From Eledone cirrhosa (lineage: Eukaryota): DNA of 64,000 nucleotides. Positions 51,395 to 64,000 of the stretch are shown here, one piece after another. The number at the start of each line of letters is the position of its first letter. Within the stretch, counting starts at the first letter, position 1. The notes under the pieces are model-generated. The model was not told the DNA's origin. It did not search any database and saw only the letters and a program-made list of their open reading frames with translations. The stretch lies in the NCBI GenBank assembly GCA_964016885.1, contig OZ024764.1:4092001-4156000 (forward strand), read 5' to 3'. The translations under genes and the position numbers were made by a program.

Positions 51395-52278
51395 CCGTTT
51401 TTTTATGTCCATTCTTCCACGCTAGCATGTGTTAGACGGGTTGTCCTGTTGCGGGCAGTGTCCAGTCGGCTGACCTTGTCTTGCTCATACGGGAACTGAT
51501 TCTGGCTTGATTTCTACAGCTGGATGCCCTTCCTAACACCAACCTCATTTACAGTGTGGGCTGGGTGCTTTTTTGCCGTGGCACCTCCACGACCACTTTA
51601 CAGTGTGGGCTGGGTGCTTTTTTGCCGTGGCACCTCCACGACCACTTTACAGTGAGTGCTGGGTGCTTGTTTGCCGTAGCACCTCCACGGCCACTTTACA
51701 GTGAGTGCTGGGTGCTTTTTTGCCGTAGCACCTCCACGACCACTTTACAGTGAGTGCTGGGTGCTTTTTTGCCGTAGCACCTCCACGACCACTTTACAGT
51801 GAGTGCTGGGTGCTTTTTTGCCGTAGCACCTCCACGGCCACTTTACAGTGAGTGCTGGGTGCTTGTTTGCCGTGGCACCTCCATGACCACTTTACAGTGA
51901 GTGCTGGGTGCTTTTTTGCCGTGGCACCTCCACGACCACTTTACAGTGAGTGCTGGGTGCTTTTTTGCCGTGGCACCTCCACGACCACTTTACAGTGAGT
52001 GCTGGGTGCTTTTTTGCCGTAGCACCTCCACGGCCACTTTACAGTGAGTGCTGGGTGCTTTTTTGCCGTGGCACCTCCACGACCACTTTACAGTGAGTGC
52101 TGGGTGCTTTTTTGCCGTGGCACCTCCACGACCACTTTACAGTGAGTGCTGGGTGCTTTTTTGCCGTGGCACCTCCACGACCACTTTACAGTGAGTGCTG
52201 GGTGCTTTTTTGCCGTGGCACCTCCACGACCACTTTACAGTGAGTGGTGGGTGCTTTTTTTCCGTGGCGCCTACACGT
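51395..52278 (-). repeat. SINE/LINE-tail element with an internal 53-54-bp tandem array (~14 copies)
   Basis: Unit tttacagtgagtgctgggtgcttttttgccgtggcacctccacgaccac is a segment of SINE family B. Confidence 0.88.
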
Positions 52279-52506
52279 CTATATATATTTAAGTTAATGA
52301 GGTATCATTTCAGGTAATCCAGTTAGAGGTTGTGAGTACTCTGTACTATGGATACTTTAAACGTACAGCTTTGTTTGACTCAACAAGAAATTTCCTTAGT
52401 TAGGTAACGAGTTTACGAGAACACCTATGCAGGTGATTCTTGGAGTTATGATAGTGAAAGAATGAAGAGTAACATGGTCGGCTGCTGTACAAAAGGGTTT
52501 TATTTA

Positions 52507-52619
52507 CAGTATTAACAATTGTTTCATTGATCAGGTGAATCTAAAGGCCGCTAATCACTAGAAATCGTGTCACTCGACCTTAAATACAGTCGATACCTGA
52601 GCAAATCATCAGAATACTG
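52507..52619 (-). ncRNA. Hammerhead-like motif with a long stem II insertion
   Basis: cagtatt CTGATGA tttgctcaggt...acctgatcaat GAAA caattg TT aatactg; perfect 7-bp stem I. Confidence 0.65.
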
Positions 52620-52699
52620 ATTTACACACACCGGACTAATGAAACAATTGTTAATACTTTAAATAAACCCTATTGTACAACTGACCATGTTATTCTTCA

Positions 52700-53058
52700 T
52701 TCATCATCATCATCATCATCATCATTTTATGTCCACTTTTCCCTGCTTGCAAGGGTGGGACGGGTCCTATTCAGCACAGCATCTCTCCACCCGTCACGGT
52801 CCTTCGTCATCTCCTCCGTGAGCTTCAGCGATCTGAGGTCTGATCTCACCACCTCCGCCCATGTTTTTCGTGGTCTTCCTCTACTGCGTCTTCCTTCTAC
52901 TGGGATTTCTTGGCACTTCTTTACCCAGCGGTCATCCTCCATGCACATCACATGTCCATACCATCTCAGTCTTCTCTCCCACACACTACAACTTATCCCT
53001 CTTATACACAGTTTTTCTCTCAACTCGTCTATGCTTGGTCGTTCACATACATTGACTT
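52700..53058 (-). mobile_element. RTE-clade LINE 3' end (candidate partner of SINE B)
   Basis: 'ERRLRWYGHVMCMEDDRWVKKC...GRPRKTW...RDGWR...[13 protein letters not shown]' followed by (GAT)n. Confidence 0.85.
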
Positions 53059-53609
53059 TCTTTTACTATATATATATATATATGAATAAAGTTAGTCCTT
53101 CATCAGTGATCTTCCAACCTTCATTGGTATTTCATCACTTTAAAAATCATATACCTCTGGTTGGTGCGAACAATAACTAAATAAAGTTATTGGGACAAGT
53201 AAAATAGGGTGAAGCGAGAGAGACAAGTAAACAAACAACGATGGTATTGCAACGGAAAGATAGGAAGAGACAAGTACATGATATCTGTAAGCTTAAGCTT
53301 GGTGAAATCATGGACGAGAGATACAGACCATCCGACATGGGTGAGGTGTGAGAGAGAAGAGGATTTCACACAGGTCAAACGGGAGGAAGTGAGAGAGGGG
53401 GAGAAGCAGAGAGTGGGTGAGTGGATGTGTGAGGAAGAGGCCAGCCGAGAGAGAGTGTGACTGGCAGAGAGGGTATAAAGAAGGTGAGAGATACAGAGAG
53501 AGGGGAAGCAGTAAGAAAGAAACAGACAATTGCAGCTGAGGAAAAAATATACACATATGAAAAAATATAAGATAAATAAACTATGACGATGATGATATAT
53601 ATATATATA

Positions 53610-53935
53610 CATGGCTTAGTGGTTAGAGCATTGGCCTTGCAATCGAAAGGTTGTGAGTTCAATTCTCAGACTGGGTGATGTGTTGTTTCCTTGAGCAAGA
53701 CACTTTATTTCACATTGCTCCAGTTTACTCAGCTGTAGAAATGAGATGATAGGGACTGGGTTCCCTATCATTCCACTGCAAAGTGGACGTGTAGGCGTCA
53801 CGGCAAAAAAGCACCCAGCACTCACTTAAATGAGGTTGGTGTTAGGAAGGGCATCCAGCTATAGAAATCAAGCCAGAATCAGTTCCCGTCCCACCCTTGC
53901 AAGCAGGGAAAAGCGGACGTAAAATGAAATGAATG
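53610..53935 (+). mobile_element. SINE family B
   Basis: A/B boxes and tail as at 23986. Confidence 0.87.
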
Positions 53936-54057
53936 AATATGTTGAAAAGGTAACACACCAGAGAGAGATATACACTGCCCTTAAACACGCTGTGATTTCT
54001 CTCTCCCACGTGTAGCTGGACAGTCACTTTTAAAATTCTCCTGAAATGTATAGCCTT

Positions 54058-54139
54058 ACACATGCTGAAGAACCGGGGTTATTTCATTTCTGTCAACAAC
54101 TTACTGGCGAAACAGATCTCTTTGGATTTGTACGTGTGT
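54058..54139 (+). ncRNA. Type I hammerhead with a full hairpin stem III, between 39-bp inverted repeats (53936-53974 / 54268-54306)
   Basis: acacatg CTGAAGA accggggtt...aacttactggc GAAA cagatct-cttt-ggatttg TA cgtgtgt. Confidence 0.68.
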
Positions 54140-54420
54140 TATATAGTTATAGAGGTGTTTATTTACGCTTTAATTTATATTTTTAATTATCGTGTCTATA
54201 GTCTGCCTTTCATAGGTTATAGATTCCATACACTGGTGGGTTTTTCCCTGTTTTATTGATAGCGCACTGTATATCTCTCTCTGGTGTGTTACCTTTTCAA
54301 CATATTGTATTTTAAAGAGCTCAGGATTTCTTCTCCTTTGAGCACATTATTTACAGGGAATGACGAGGGCCTATGGCTCCGTTAATTTATCGTGGTATAT
54401 ATATATATATATATACACAT

Positions 54421-54528
<108 letters not shown>

Positions 54529-54542
54529 TCACACACACACAA

Positions 54543-54631
<89 letters not shown>

Positions 54632-54677
54632 CTCACACACACACAAATATATATATATATATATACACACACAAACA

Positions 54678-54749
<72 letters not shown>

Positions 54750-54814
54750 CATACGCACACATCTATATATATATATATATATATTCACACACACACATAT
54801 ATATATTCACACAA

Positions 54815-54852
<38 letters not shown>

Positions 54853-54892
54853 TCACACACACACAAATATATATATATATACACACACAAAC

Positions 54893-54945
<53 letters not shown>

Positions 54946-55012
54946 CATACGCACACATCTATATATATATATATATATTCACACACACACATATATATAT
55001 TCACACAAACAC

Positions 55013-55047
<35 letters not shown>

Positions 55048-55206
55048 TGTACTGCGATGGGTAACAGATCTGCTGAGCTAGGAATTAAATAAACATATTC
55101 TGGTGAAAGATGATAAAATCTGAAAATGCTCAGTCAAGTAACCAATAGTAACCTAGCAACAAGGGTAGTAGGCTGTAACCTTGGTAACTATACTAACATA
55201 GCAATA

Positions 55207-57514
55207 CTGTAGTATCGGAGCTGTGATGTCTCAATTCAGAGATTCTTTTCTGAGACATTCTAACCACATGTCTGTAGTATCAGAACTGTGATCTCTCAGT
55301 TCAGAGATTCTTTCCTGAGATATTCTGACCATATATCTGTAGTATCAGAGCTGTGATCTCTCAATTCAGAGATTCTTTCCTGAGATATTCTAACCACATG
55401 TCTGTAGTATCAGAGCTATGATCTTTCAATCCAGAGATTCTCTCCTGAGACATTCTAACCGCATGTCTGTAGTAGCAGAGCTGTGATCTCTCAGTTCAGA
55501 GATTCTATCCTCAGACATTCTAACCACATGTCTGTAGTATCAGAGCTGTGATCTCTCAATCCAGAGATTCTCTCCTGAGACATTCTAACCGCATGTCTGT
55601 AGTAGCAGAGCTGTGATCTCTCAGTTTAGAGATTCTATCCTCAGACATTCTAACCACATGTCTGTAGTATCAGAGCTGTGATCTCTCAATTCAGAGATTC
55701 TTTCCTCAGACATTCTAACCACATGTCTGTAGTATCAGAGCTGGGATCTCTCAGTTCAGAGATTCTTTCCTCAGACATTCTAACCACATGTCTGTAGTAT
55801 CAGAGCTGTGATCTCTCAATTCAGAGATTCTTTCCTCAGACATTCTAACCACATGTCTGTAGTATCAGAGCTGTGATCTCTCAATTCAGAGATTCTTTCC
55901 TCAGACATTCTAACCACATGTCTGTAGTATCAGAGCTGTGATCTCTCAATTCAGAGATTCTATCCTCAGACATTCTAACCACATGTCTAGTATCAGAGCT
56001 GTGATCTCTCAATTCAGAGATTCTTTCCTGAGACATTCTAACCGTATGTCTGTAATATCAGAACTGTGATCTCTTAATTCAGAGATTCTTTCCTGAGATA
56101 TTCTAACCACATGTCTGTAGTATCAGAGCTGTTATCTCTCAATTCAGAGATTCTTTCCTGAGACATTCTAACCACATGTCTGTAGTATCAGAGCTGTGAT
56201 CCCTCAATTCAGAGATTCTTTCCTCAGACATTCTAACCACATGTCTATAGTATCAGAGCTGTGATCTCTCAATTCAGAGATTCTTTCCTGAGACATTCTA
56301 ACCTCATGTCTGTAGTATCAGAGCTGTGATCTCTCAATTCAGAGATTCTTTCCTGAGACATTCTAACCACATGTCTGTAGTATCAGAGCTGTGATCTCTC
56401 AATTCAGAGATTCTTTCCTGTGACATTCTAACCACATGTCTGTAGTATCAGAGCTGTGATCTCTCAATTCAGAGATTCTTTCCTGAGACATTCTAACCAT
56501 ATGTCCGTAGTATCAGAGCTGTGATCTCTCAATTCAGAGATTCTTTCCTCAGACATTCTAACCACATGTCTGTAGTATCAGACCTGTGATCTCTCAATTC
56601 AGAGATTCTTTCCTCAGACATTCTAACCACATGTCTGTAGTATCAAAGCTGTGGTCTCTCAATTCAGAGATTCTTTCCTCAGACATTCTAACCACATGTC
56701 TGTAGTATCAGAGCTGTGATCTCTCAATACAGAGATTCTTTCCTAAGACATTCTAACCACATGTCTGTAGTATCAGAGCTGTGATCTCTCAATTCAGAGA
56801 TTCTTTCCTGAGACATTCTAACCACATGTCTGTAGTATCAGAGCTGTGATCTCTCAATTCAGAGATTCTTTCCTGAGACATTCTAACCACATGTCTGTAG
56901 TATCAGAGCTGTGATCTCTCAATTCAGAGATTCTTACCTGAGACATTCTAACCACATGTCTGTAGTATCAGAGCTGTGATCTCTCAATTCAGAGATTCTT
57001 TCCTGTGACATTCTAACCACATGTCTGTAGTATCAGAGTTGTGATCTCTCAATTCAGAGATTCTTTCCTGAGACATTCTAACCACATGTCTGTAGTATCA
57101 GAGCTGTGATCTCTCAATTCATAGATTCTTACCTGAGACATTCTAACCACATGTCTGTAGTATCAGAGCTGTGATCTCTCAATTCAGAGATTCTTTCCTG
57201 TGACATTCTAACCACATGTCTGTAGTATCAGAGCTGTGATCTCTCAATTCAGAGATTCTTTCCTGAGACATTCTAACCTCATGTCTGTAGTATCAGAGCT
57301 GTGATCTCTCAATTCAGAGATTCTTTCCTGAGACATTCTAACCACATGTCTGTAGTATCAGAGCTGTGATCTCTCAATTCAGAGATTCTTTCCTGTGACA
57401 TTCTAACCACATGTCTGTAGTATCAGAGCTGTGATCTCTCAATTCAGAGATTCTTTCCTGAGACATTCTAACCACATGTCTGTAGTATCAGAGCTGTGAT
57501 CTCTCAATTCAGAG
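55207..57514. repeat. 65-bp tandem satellite, ~35 copies
   Basis: Unit ctgtagtatcagagctgtgatctctcaattcagagattctttcctgagacattctaaccacatgt. Confidence 0.97.
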
Positions 57515-57770
57515 AAGTAGTGACTCTCTGATCTCTACCCCTAACCCTAATTTTAAATCTCACACAATTTTCTACGCTTCTACCCCCACCTAACCAAACA
57601 ATATAACACAGTATAGATATTGTTTTAAACAAGTTTTATCTTGTTTATTGTATTTTAATATATTCTAACCTCTCCCTCTCAGCTCTCCATACCTTACACT
57701 TCTTACCTAACCCTGAACTACACGCAGTGTGGAAATACTACACAACCCACTATTTATATTTTTACATATG

Positions 57771-57801
<31 letters not shown>

Positions 57802-58133
57802 ATATTTATATATTTATATATATATATTTATATTTATATATATATATTTATATATATATATATTTATATATATTTATTTATATATATTATTATATATATT
57901 TATTTATATATATTTATATATATATATATTTATTTATATATATTTATTTATATATTTATTTATATATATATTTATTTATATATTTATTTATATATATATT
58001 TATTTATATATATATTTATTTATATATATATATATTTATATATATATATATATATCTTTATATATATATCTTTATATATATATCTTTATATTTATATATA
58101 AGTGTTTTTTAGCCTTCATATCATGTTCTCCTG

Positions 58134-58200
58134 TTTTATCTGATGAAAACACAAATATTATTGCATGATGATGTTTGTTTTTGAAATGCGCATAATAAAA
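58134..58200 (+). ncRNA. Penelope pLTR hammerhead ribozyme (second copy 61592-61659)
   Basis: ttttat CTGATGA aaacacaaatattat-tgc-atgatgatgtttgttttt GAAA tgcgca TA ataaaa. Confidence 0.85.
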
Positions 58201-58406
58201 TATATGGAACTCCTTTAACCATCTTTTGATCTTATATTATGCATACTCCAGTCCCACAAACTGTAGAGTGCTTCTTATCCGATATCTGCATTGCTTTATT
58301 GTACTACAATAAAACTCACCTCCTACATTAACTTGCTCCTTAACGGTTGAGCGCTTACTCTCATATTGGATACCTTTTGATGGTCCTTCACCTCTTCTTC
58401 TACAAC

Positions 58407-60341
58407 ATGGATTATTACAACATAACCAATTCAACTAAAGACATTCCTATACCTGGTAAATCTGAATTCACCAAACTTCTTATTGAAAAAACTGACTCCT
58501 TCGTAAGAAGACTTAGATGGACAGCCTATTTCTATGACCAGCGCCTAAAAGGGAACTTTCATACCAAAGAACACAACTTCCTCGATCATCTTTTTAATTC
58601 TAGACGAAATCCTCCTTCCAACAAAAATCTAGTACAATTCGAGGAAGAATTAACTAAAATAATAAAAAATCTTAAATTCAAGAGATACCCTTACAAAGGA
58701 CAAGAGCACCTTGTAAATCTCAAGAACACAATCTCTAACCTAAATTCCTCAAAAAATGTTTTAGTCCACTCTGACAAAACCAATAACCTATATGGTATTT
58801 CCAAGGATAATTATAACAACCTTATCCTAAAGGAACTTAGGAAAAAGTATTGTAAAACCAACCATGAAAATTTAGAATGCATAAACCTTGAAGCCTATGA
58901 GATTATGTCAAAACTTGGCATTGAAAAAAAGACCGAACCATTCCTCCCAAGAACTCCGAGGATAAATCTCAAGGATCACAAAAACAATTTTCGCACTGAA
59001 CTACCTGTTAGATTAATCGCCCCCTCTAAATCTGATCTGGGGGTTGTTAGTAAAGCCATCTTGGATAGGATTATCCCACAGGTTAGTTCTAATTGCTCGT
59101 CTTTGAACCTAAATTTATGGTTTGGTACTTCTGAAGTGATTGGCTGGTTCAACAAATTGGATAATAAAAACAAACTAAAATTTATTCAATTTGATATTGC
59201 CAGCTACTATTCCTCCATTTCGCCTTCACTTCTCAATAATGCTCTATCTTTCGCACTTAAATATTCTGACATCACCACAGATGAACTTCACATCATCCTC
59301 ACCGCACGTAAAACCATCCTAGAGTTCAACAACGAATATTGGACCAGAGCCGATACCTCTAACAACTTCGACATCACAATGGGAGCATCCGATTCATCCC
59401 AATTGACTGATTTAATTGGTATCTTCATTTTGAACTCTTTGAGTCGGAAAATTCCTCAACTTCGCGGTGGAATTTATCGTGACGATGGACTCTTTACTAT
59501 CCTAAATTGCAATATAGTTAAACTTAATATTATTAAGAACAATATACGTAATCTCTTTAACCAACATAACCTAAAAATTGAATTTGATAATAGTATCAAA
59601 CTAGCTAATTTCTTGGATGTATCTCTTAATCTTGACACTGGCCTATATTACCCTTACCATAAAAACAATGAGAACCTTAATTATGTTAACTTTAAATCTA
59701 ACCATCCTACCAATATCAAGAATGCTATAGTTAATAATATTGGAAATAGAATATCTAACATATCTTCTAATAAAAACATCTTTGATGCTAACGCCAATTA
59801 CTATAATAACGCACTTTCTAAAGCCGGCTATCCAGATAAAATCAAATATAATAAAGAAACAAATTCTAGAAAAACTTACAGTAGAATAATTAATCATGAC
59901 CATTCCAATAATTTTAATAAAAGACCTAGATACAAAAACATAATCTGGTATAATGCTCCTTTCTCCATCTCTATTAATAACAATATTCCTAAATTATTTT
60001 TTAGTGCCTTAAATAAATGCTTCCCTCCCTCACATATCTATAGTAAAATATTTAACAAACACACCATCAAATTTTCGTATTCTACATCCTCCAATATTTC
60101 CAACATCATCTCTAAACACAACAAAATACTAAATACTAATTCTCTTCCTTCCAATATTGAATTTCATAATAACAGTAATAGTACTCCCGACGTCATTGTA
60201 AACCCTAGGCTAACTTCTGTAAACCCAAATACAACGTCAAACACAACTTCGCTAAATGTTCATAATCCAACTCTAAATCAAGAAACTATTATTCCTATTA
60301 TTCCTATCGCAAACAACTTCTCCAATCCAATCTATAGATAA
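58407..60341 (+). CDS. Penelope-like reverse transcriptase (ATG 58407; stops in the linker before the endonuclease)
   Basis: 'STKDIPIP', 'LKDHK...PVRLIAPSKS', 'FDIASYYSSI', 'DITMGASD', 'IYRDDGL', 'NFLDVSLNL', 'SNHP'. Confidence 0.9.
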   Translation: MDYYNITNSTKDIPIPGKSEFTKLLIEKTDSFVRRLRWTAYFYDQRLKGNFHTKEHNFLDHLFNSRRNPPSNKNLVQFEEELTKIIKNLKFKRYPYKGQEHLVNLKNTISNLNSSKNVLVHSDKTNNLYGISKDNYNNLILKELRKKYCKTNHENLECINLEAYEIMSKLGIEKKTEPFLPRTPRINLKDHKNNFRTELPVRLIAPSKSDLGVVSKAILDRIIPQVSSNCSSLNLNLWFGTSEVIGWFNKLDNKNKLKFIQFDIASYYSSISPSLLNNALSFALKYSDITTDELHIILTARKTILEFNNEYWTRADTSNNFDITMGASDSSQLTDLIGIFILNSLSRKIPQLRGGIYRDDGLFTILNCNIVKLNIIKNNIRNLFNQHNLKIEFDNSIKLANFLDVSLNLDTGLYYPYHKNNENLNYVNFKSNHPTNIKNAIVNNIGNRISNISSNKNIFDANANYYNNALSKAGYPDKIKYNKETNSRKTYSRIINHDHSNNFNKRPRYKNIIWYNAPFSISINNNIPKLFFSALNKCFPPSHIYSKIFNKHTIKFSYSTSSNISNIISKHNKILNTNSLPSNIEFHNNSNSTPDVIVNPRLTSVNPNTTSNTTSLNVHNPTLNQETIIPIIPIANNFSNPIYR

Positions 60342-60801
60342 CACTAGATCACTCATTAATAATCTCTCTAATTGCAACTGCCGCATTAAAAATAAATGTC
60401 CTCTCAACAACCATTGTCTCGATAAAAACTTAATTTATGAATGTAAAATTATAACTAGCACCAATTCCTTCACCTATTTTGGCTCCACTTCCACCTCTTT
60501 TAAAGCTCGTCTCTATAATCATCATTCATCTTTCAAATACAAACTTAAAAGAACTAACACTGCTCTCTCAGAACTCATATGGTCCTTAAAAGACAAAAAC
60601 ATTAAATATACCATCTTTTGGAAGAAGATTTCTTCTGCATTCTCATACTTGAACAGCTCTCTATCTAAAATCTGTAATCTCTGCCTAAATGAAAAATTTA
60701 CCATTATCTCTAACCTAGATTCTATAATAAATAGACGCACAGATTTGTTTTCTATCTGCCTGCATAAATTCCATAGAACTTTTCACAAAGTATACAGTTA
60801 A
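60277..60801 (+). pseudogene. GIY-YIG endonuclease of the Penelope-like element, in the +1 frame
   Basis: 'CNCRIKNKCPLNNHCLDKNLIYECKI...TYFGST...FKARLYNHHSSF...TALSELIW...CNLCLNEK...NRRTDLFSICLH'; missing from the ORF track. Confidence 0.85.
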
Positions 60802-61762
60802 TATTCAATTCTTTATCAATTTAGAATCTTTTCTCAAAGGCACATATACATACACCTCTTTAAAATATACCCATCTACCTTACTTTAAAGGGCATTATAC
60901 ACTCTATAATACTCGTTTACTCATTACCCTCATTCTATCTTCTTGTAAAATCATAACATTTGTTTTGACATTAGAATATTCATCCGCAATCATTATTATT
61001 TTTTCTCTCTATCATAAATCTTTTTAATCTCAATTTCATCCTTAATTTATTATTATTTTTTTTTTTTTCTCCCCATCAACGAACTCATTATTAATACATA
61101 TTAACTCTTTATTCGCATATATTATCAATTCAATCAATATACAAACTTTAACTTCACATTATTTTTCTCAAATCCTTCTACACACAAACCTTAACAATTT
61201 TTCTCTTCGCTAATTTTGAAATTGCCACAATACATACATTTCTTTTTTTGACGTTAGAATATTCACCCACAATTATTATTTTTTTCTCTCTATCTTCATA
61301 CATAATTTCCCTTCGTTAATTTTCAAAATTTTTAATTTATACAGTATCTTCCAACGGTTTTCAACCTCTCTATGTAAAAAATATATCTCCTCTCAGTTAT
61401 AAAAACTATCTCTTTCTCTCTATCACCCATCTCTCCCTCTCATCTCCTTCCCTTTTCATCCTTTCCCCCCCCCCTCTCTAAATAAAATATTTTTCCCAAT
61501 ATCACACATCAATCTAAAACCACTTTTCATATGTTGATTTAAAACTGCACTATCCACAAGTGTTTTTTAGCCTTCATATCATGTTCTCCTGTTTTATCTG
61601 ATGAAAACACAAATATTATTGCATGATGATGTTTGTTTTTTGAAATGCGCATAATAAAATATATGGAACTCCTTTAACCATCTTTTGATCTTATATTATA
61701 TTTATATATATATATTTATATATATATATTTTTATATATATATATTTTTATATATATATATT

Positions 61763-61818
<56 letters not shown>

Positions 61819-62375
61819 AACAGACTAAATAAAGATGGCGTAGAAAATACAATGTAACGGGAGGAAACAATAGCACCACTGACGATGTTGCAGGTGTGCA
61901 ACGAAAGAACTTTGATAAACTATATATATGTGTTTGTGTCTATATTGTATCTGTATTATTTTTGACCGCCGGTCAGTCAATGGCAACATTGAGGACCGAA
62001 TAAATTAGATTACCGATATAAAGGACACAGAAGCGAAAAGCGAAAACCAACCAAACAGTGAGTGTGTTCTGTTATTAATTCTGGCAATATTACACAAATA
62101 TGACCCTCCCCAAGTATAACAATATTTGTTTCAACACACGATTTCATATAAAAAACGTCGCAAAACTAATTCATCGCCGTTATATTTATATTTATATATT
62201 TATATATATATATTTATATATATATTTATTTATATATATATATATGAAGCTCACAGTGGAGATGACGAAGGACCGTGACGATTGGAGAGATGCTTTGCTG
62301 AATAAGACCCGTCCCACCCTTGCAAGCAGGGAAGAGCGGACGTAAAATGATGATGATGATATATATATATTTATT

Positions 62376-62407
<32 letters not shown>

Positions 62408-62465
62408 TATTTATATATATATATATTTATTTATATATATATATTTATTTATATATATATATATC

Positions 62466-62810
62466 ATCATTTCATCATTTCATTTCATTTTACGTCCGTT
62501 TTTTCCCTGCTTGCAAGGGTGGGACGGGAACTGATTCTGGCTTGATTTCTACAGCTGGATGCCCTTCCTAACACCAACCTCATTTACAGTGAGTGCTTTG
62601 TGCTTTTTTCCCGTGGCACCTCCACGACCACTTTGCAGTGGAATGATAGGGACCCCAGTCCCTATCATCTCATTTCTACAGCTGAGTAAACTGGAGCAAT
62701 GTGAAATAAAGTGTCTTGCTCAAGGAAACAACACATCACCCGGTCTGAGAATTGAACTCACAACCTTTCGATTGCAAGGCCAATGCTCTAACCACTAAGC
62801 CATGTGCTCC
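62466..62810 (-). mobile_element. SINE family B
   Basis: Full head and tail on the minus strand. Confidence 0.87.
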
Positions 62811-63076
62811 ATTATAAAAACCAAGAGATATATTGACTTTAGGCAAAGAGTTTTATAATATTAGTCATATTGTTCATGCAATAGAATATATCGCCGATGG
62901 ATAGAAAGCCTAGAAGCATTGTTCAGAACTGTAGAGTTCGAAAACATACAGTCAAAAGACATCATCATCATCTTTATCATCATTGTTTAACGTCTATCTT
63001 CCACGCTAGCATATTTAATCCAAAAATATGTAGCTTAAGAAGTTTTTCCTTATGGTTATAATAACATATATATAGT

Positions 63077-63172
<96 letters not shown>

Positions 63173-63569
63173 TTATATATATATATAAATATATATATAT
63201 AGAAATTACATGAATCAAAGTTCTGTTTAAATCATTTATTTGCTTACAATTGTTTCTTCCAAACCGAGGTAACTGCTCTGTAAAACAACTAATGTTGTTA
63301 CATTGGGCTATTTATCTTACTGGTAATAAGATAGTAATAAATTACTGTCTTTCACTATTTAGGGTTTAAAATATATATAACTATAAAAGGTTTTAGTATA
63401 TACATAACCATAAATAGTATCCTTAATACTATATATATATATATATATATATTGTTATACTTGGGGAGGGTCATATTGTTGTAATAATATTGCCAGAAAT
63501 AATAACAGAACACACTCACTGTTTGGTTGGTTTTCACTTCTGCATCTTTTATATCTCCACAGTTAATTC

Positions 63570-63880
63570 ATTCGGTCCTCGGCAAAAAAGCACCCAGCCC
63601 ACACTGTAAAGTGGACGTGGAGGTGCCACGGCAAAAAAGCACCCAGCCCACACTGCAAAGTGGTCGTGGAGGCGCCAAGGAAAAAAGCACCCAGCACTCA
63701 CTGTAAATGAGGTTGGTGTTAGGAAGGGTATCCAGCTGTAGAAATCAAGCCAGAACCAGTTCCTGTATGAGCAAGGCATGGTCAGCTGACCGGACACTGC
63801 CCACAACAGGACAACCCGTCTAACCCATGCTAGCATGGAAGAACGGACGTAAAACGGTGATGATGATGATGATGATGATA
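63570..63880 (+). mobile_element. SINE/LINE-tail element with a short 53-bp duplication
   Basis: Homologous to 13435-13700 and 51395-52278; (GAT)n tail. Confidence 0.75.
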
Positions 63881-64000
63881 TATATATATATATACACATA
63901 TATATATATATACACATGCACACATATATATATCTACATATATATATATACATACACATATACATATATATTTATATATATATACACATACATATATATA

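Larger units (their letters stand above)
58100..61699 (+). mobile_element. Near-complete Penelope-like retroelement (Naiad-like) with ~141-bp direct terminal repeats (58100-58240, 61558-61699), in (TA)n
   Basis: PLE RT and GIY-YIG coding region, near-identical pseudo-LTRs each containing an HHR, TA-rich flanks. Confidence 0.92.

Noticed and set aside
57539-57550. (CCCTAA)2 telomere-like repeat
   Set aside because: Only two units; insufficient.
58407-60801. Selenocysteine recoding, reported for some Naiad elements
   Set aside because: No in-frame TGA; the interruption is TAA plus a frameshift.

Overview
Eukaryotic, very AT-rich and microsatellite-laden DNA; the SINE/LINE repertoire is most consistent with a coleoid cephalopod (octopus-like), which is an inference. 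Only one host gene is recognisable: a class A peptide-receptor-like GPCR with an uninterrupted CDS (2539-3609, -). The rest is mobile and repetitive DNA: a near-intact ~5.6 kb L1/Tx1-type LINE inserted in a 72-bp satellite, a near-complete Penelope-like element (Naiad-like) with hammerhead-bearing terminal direct repeats, two tRNA-derived SINE families, RTE/CR1/RLE-LINE fragments, two non-autonomous Helitrons, a Tc1/mariner MITE and many minisatellites, several visibly amplified from pieces of retroposons. The standout is 25188-28708: about 7.5 near-identical 466-bp non-coding units, each carrying a minimal type I hammerhead ribozyme (HHR) plus an octamer/TATA-like motif, arranged as a 3.5-kb head-to-head palindrome in a (TA)n tract (a retrozyme-like array). 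About 10 further HHR or HHR-like motifs occur elsewhere, many inside fold-back inverted repeats, suggesting a Penelope-driven set of ribozyme-bearing elements. All calls were made by eye, without database searches; element boundaries are approximate.
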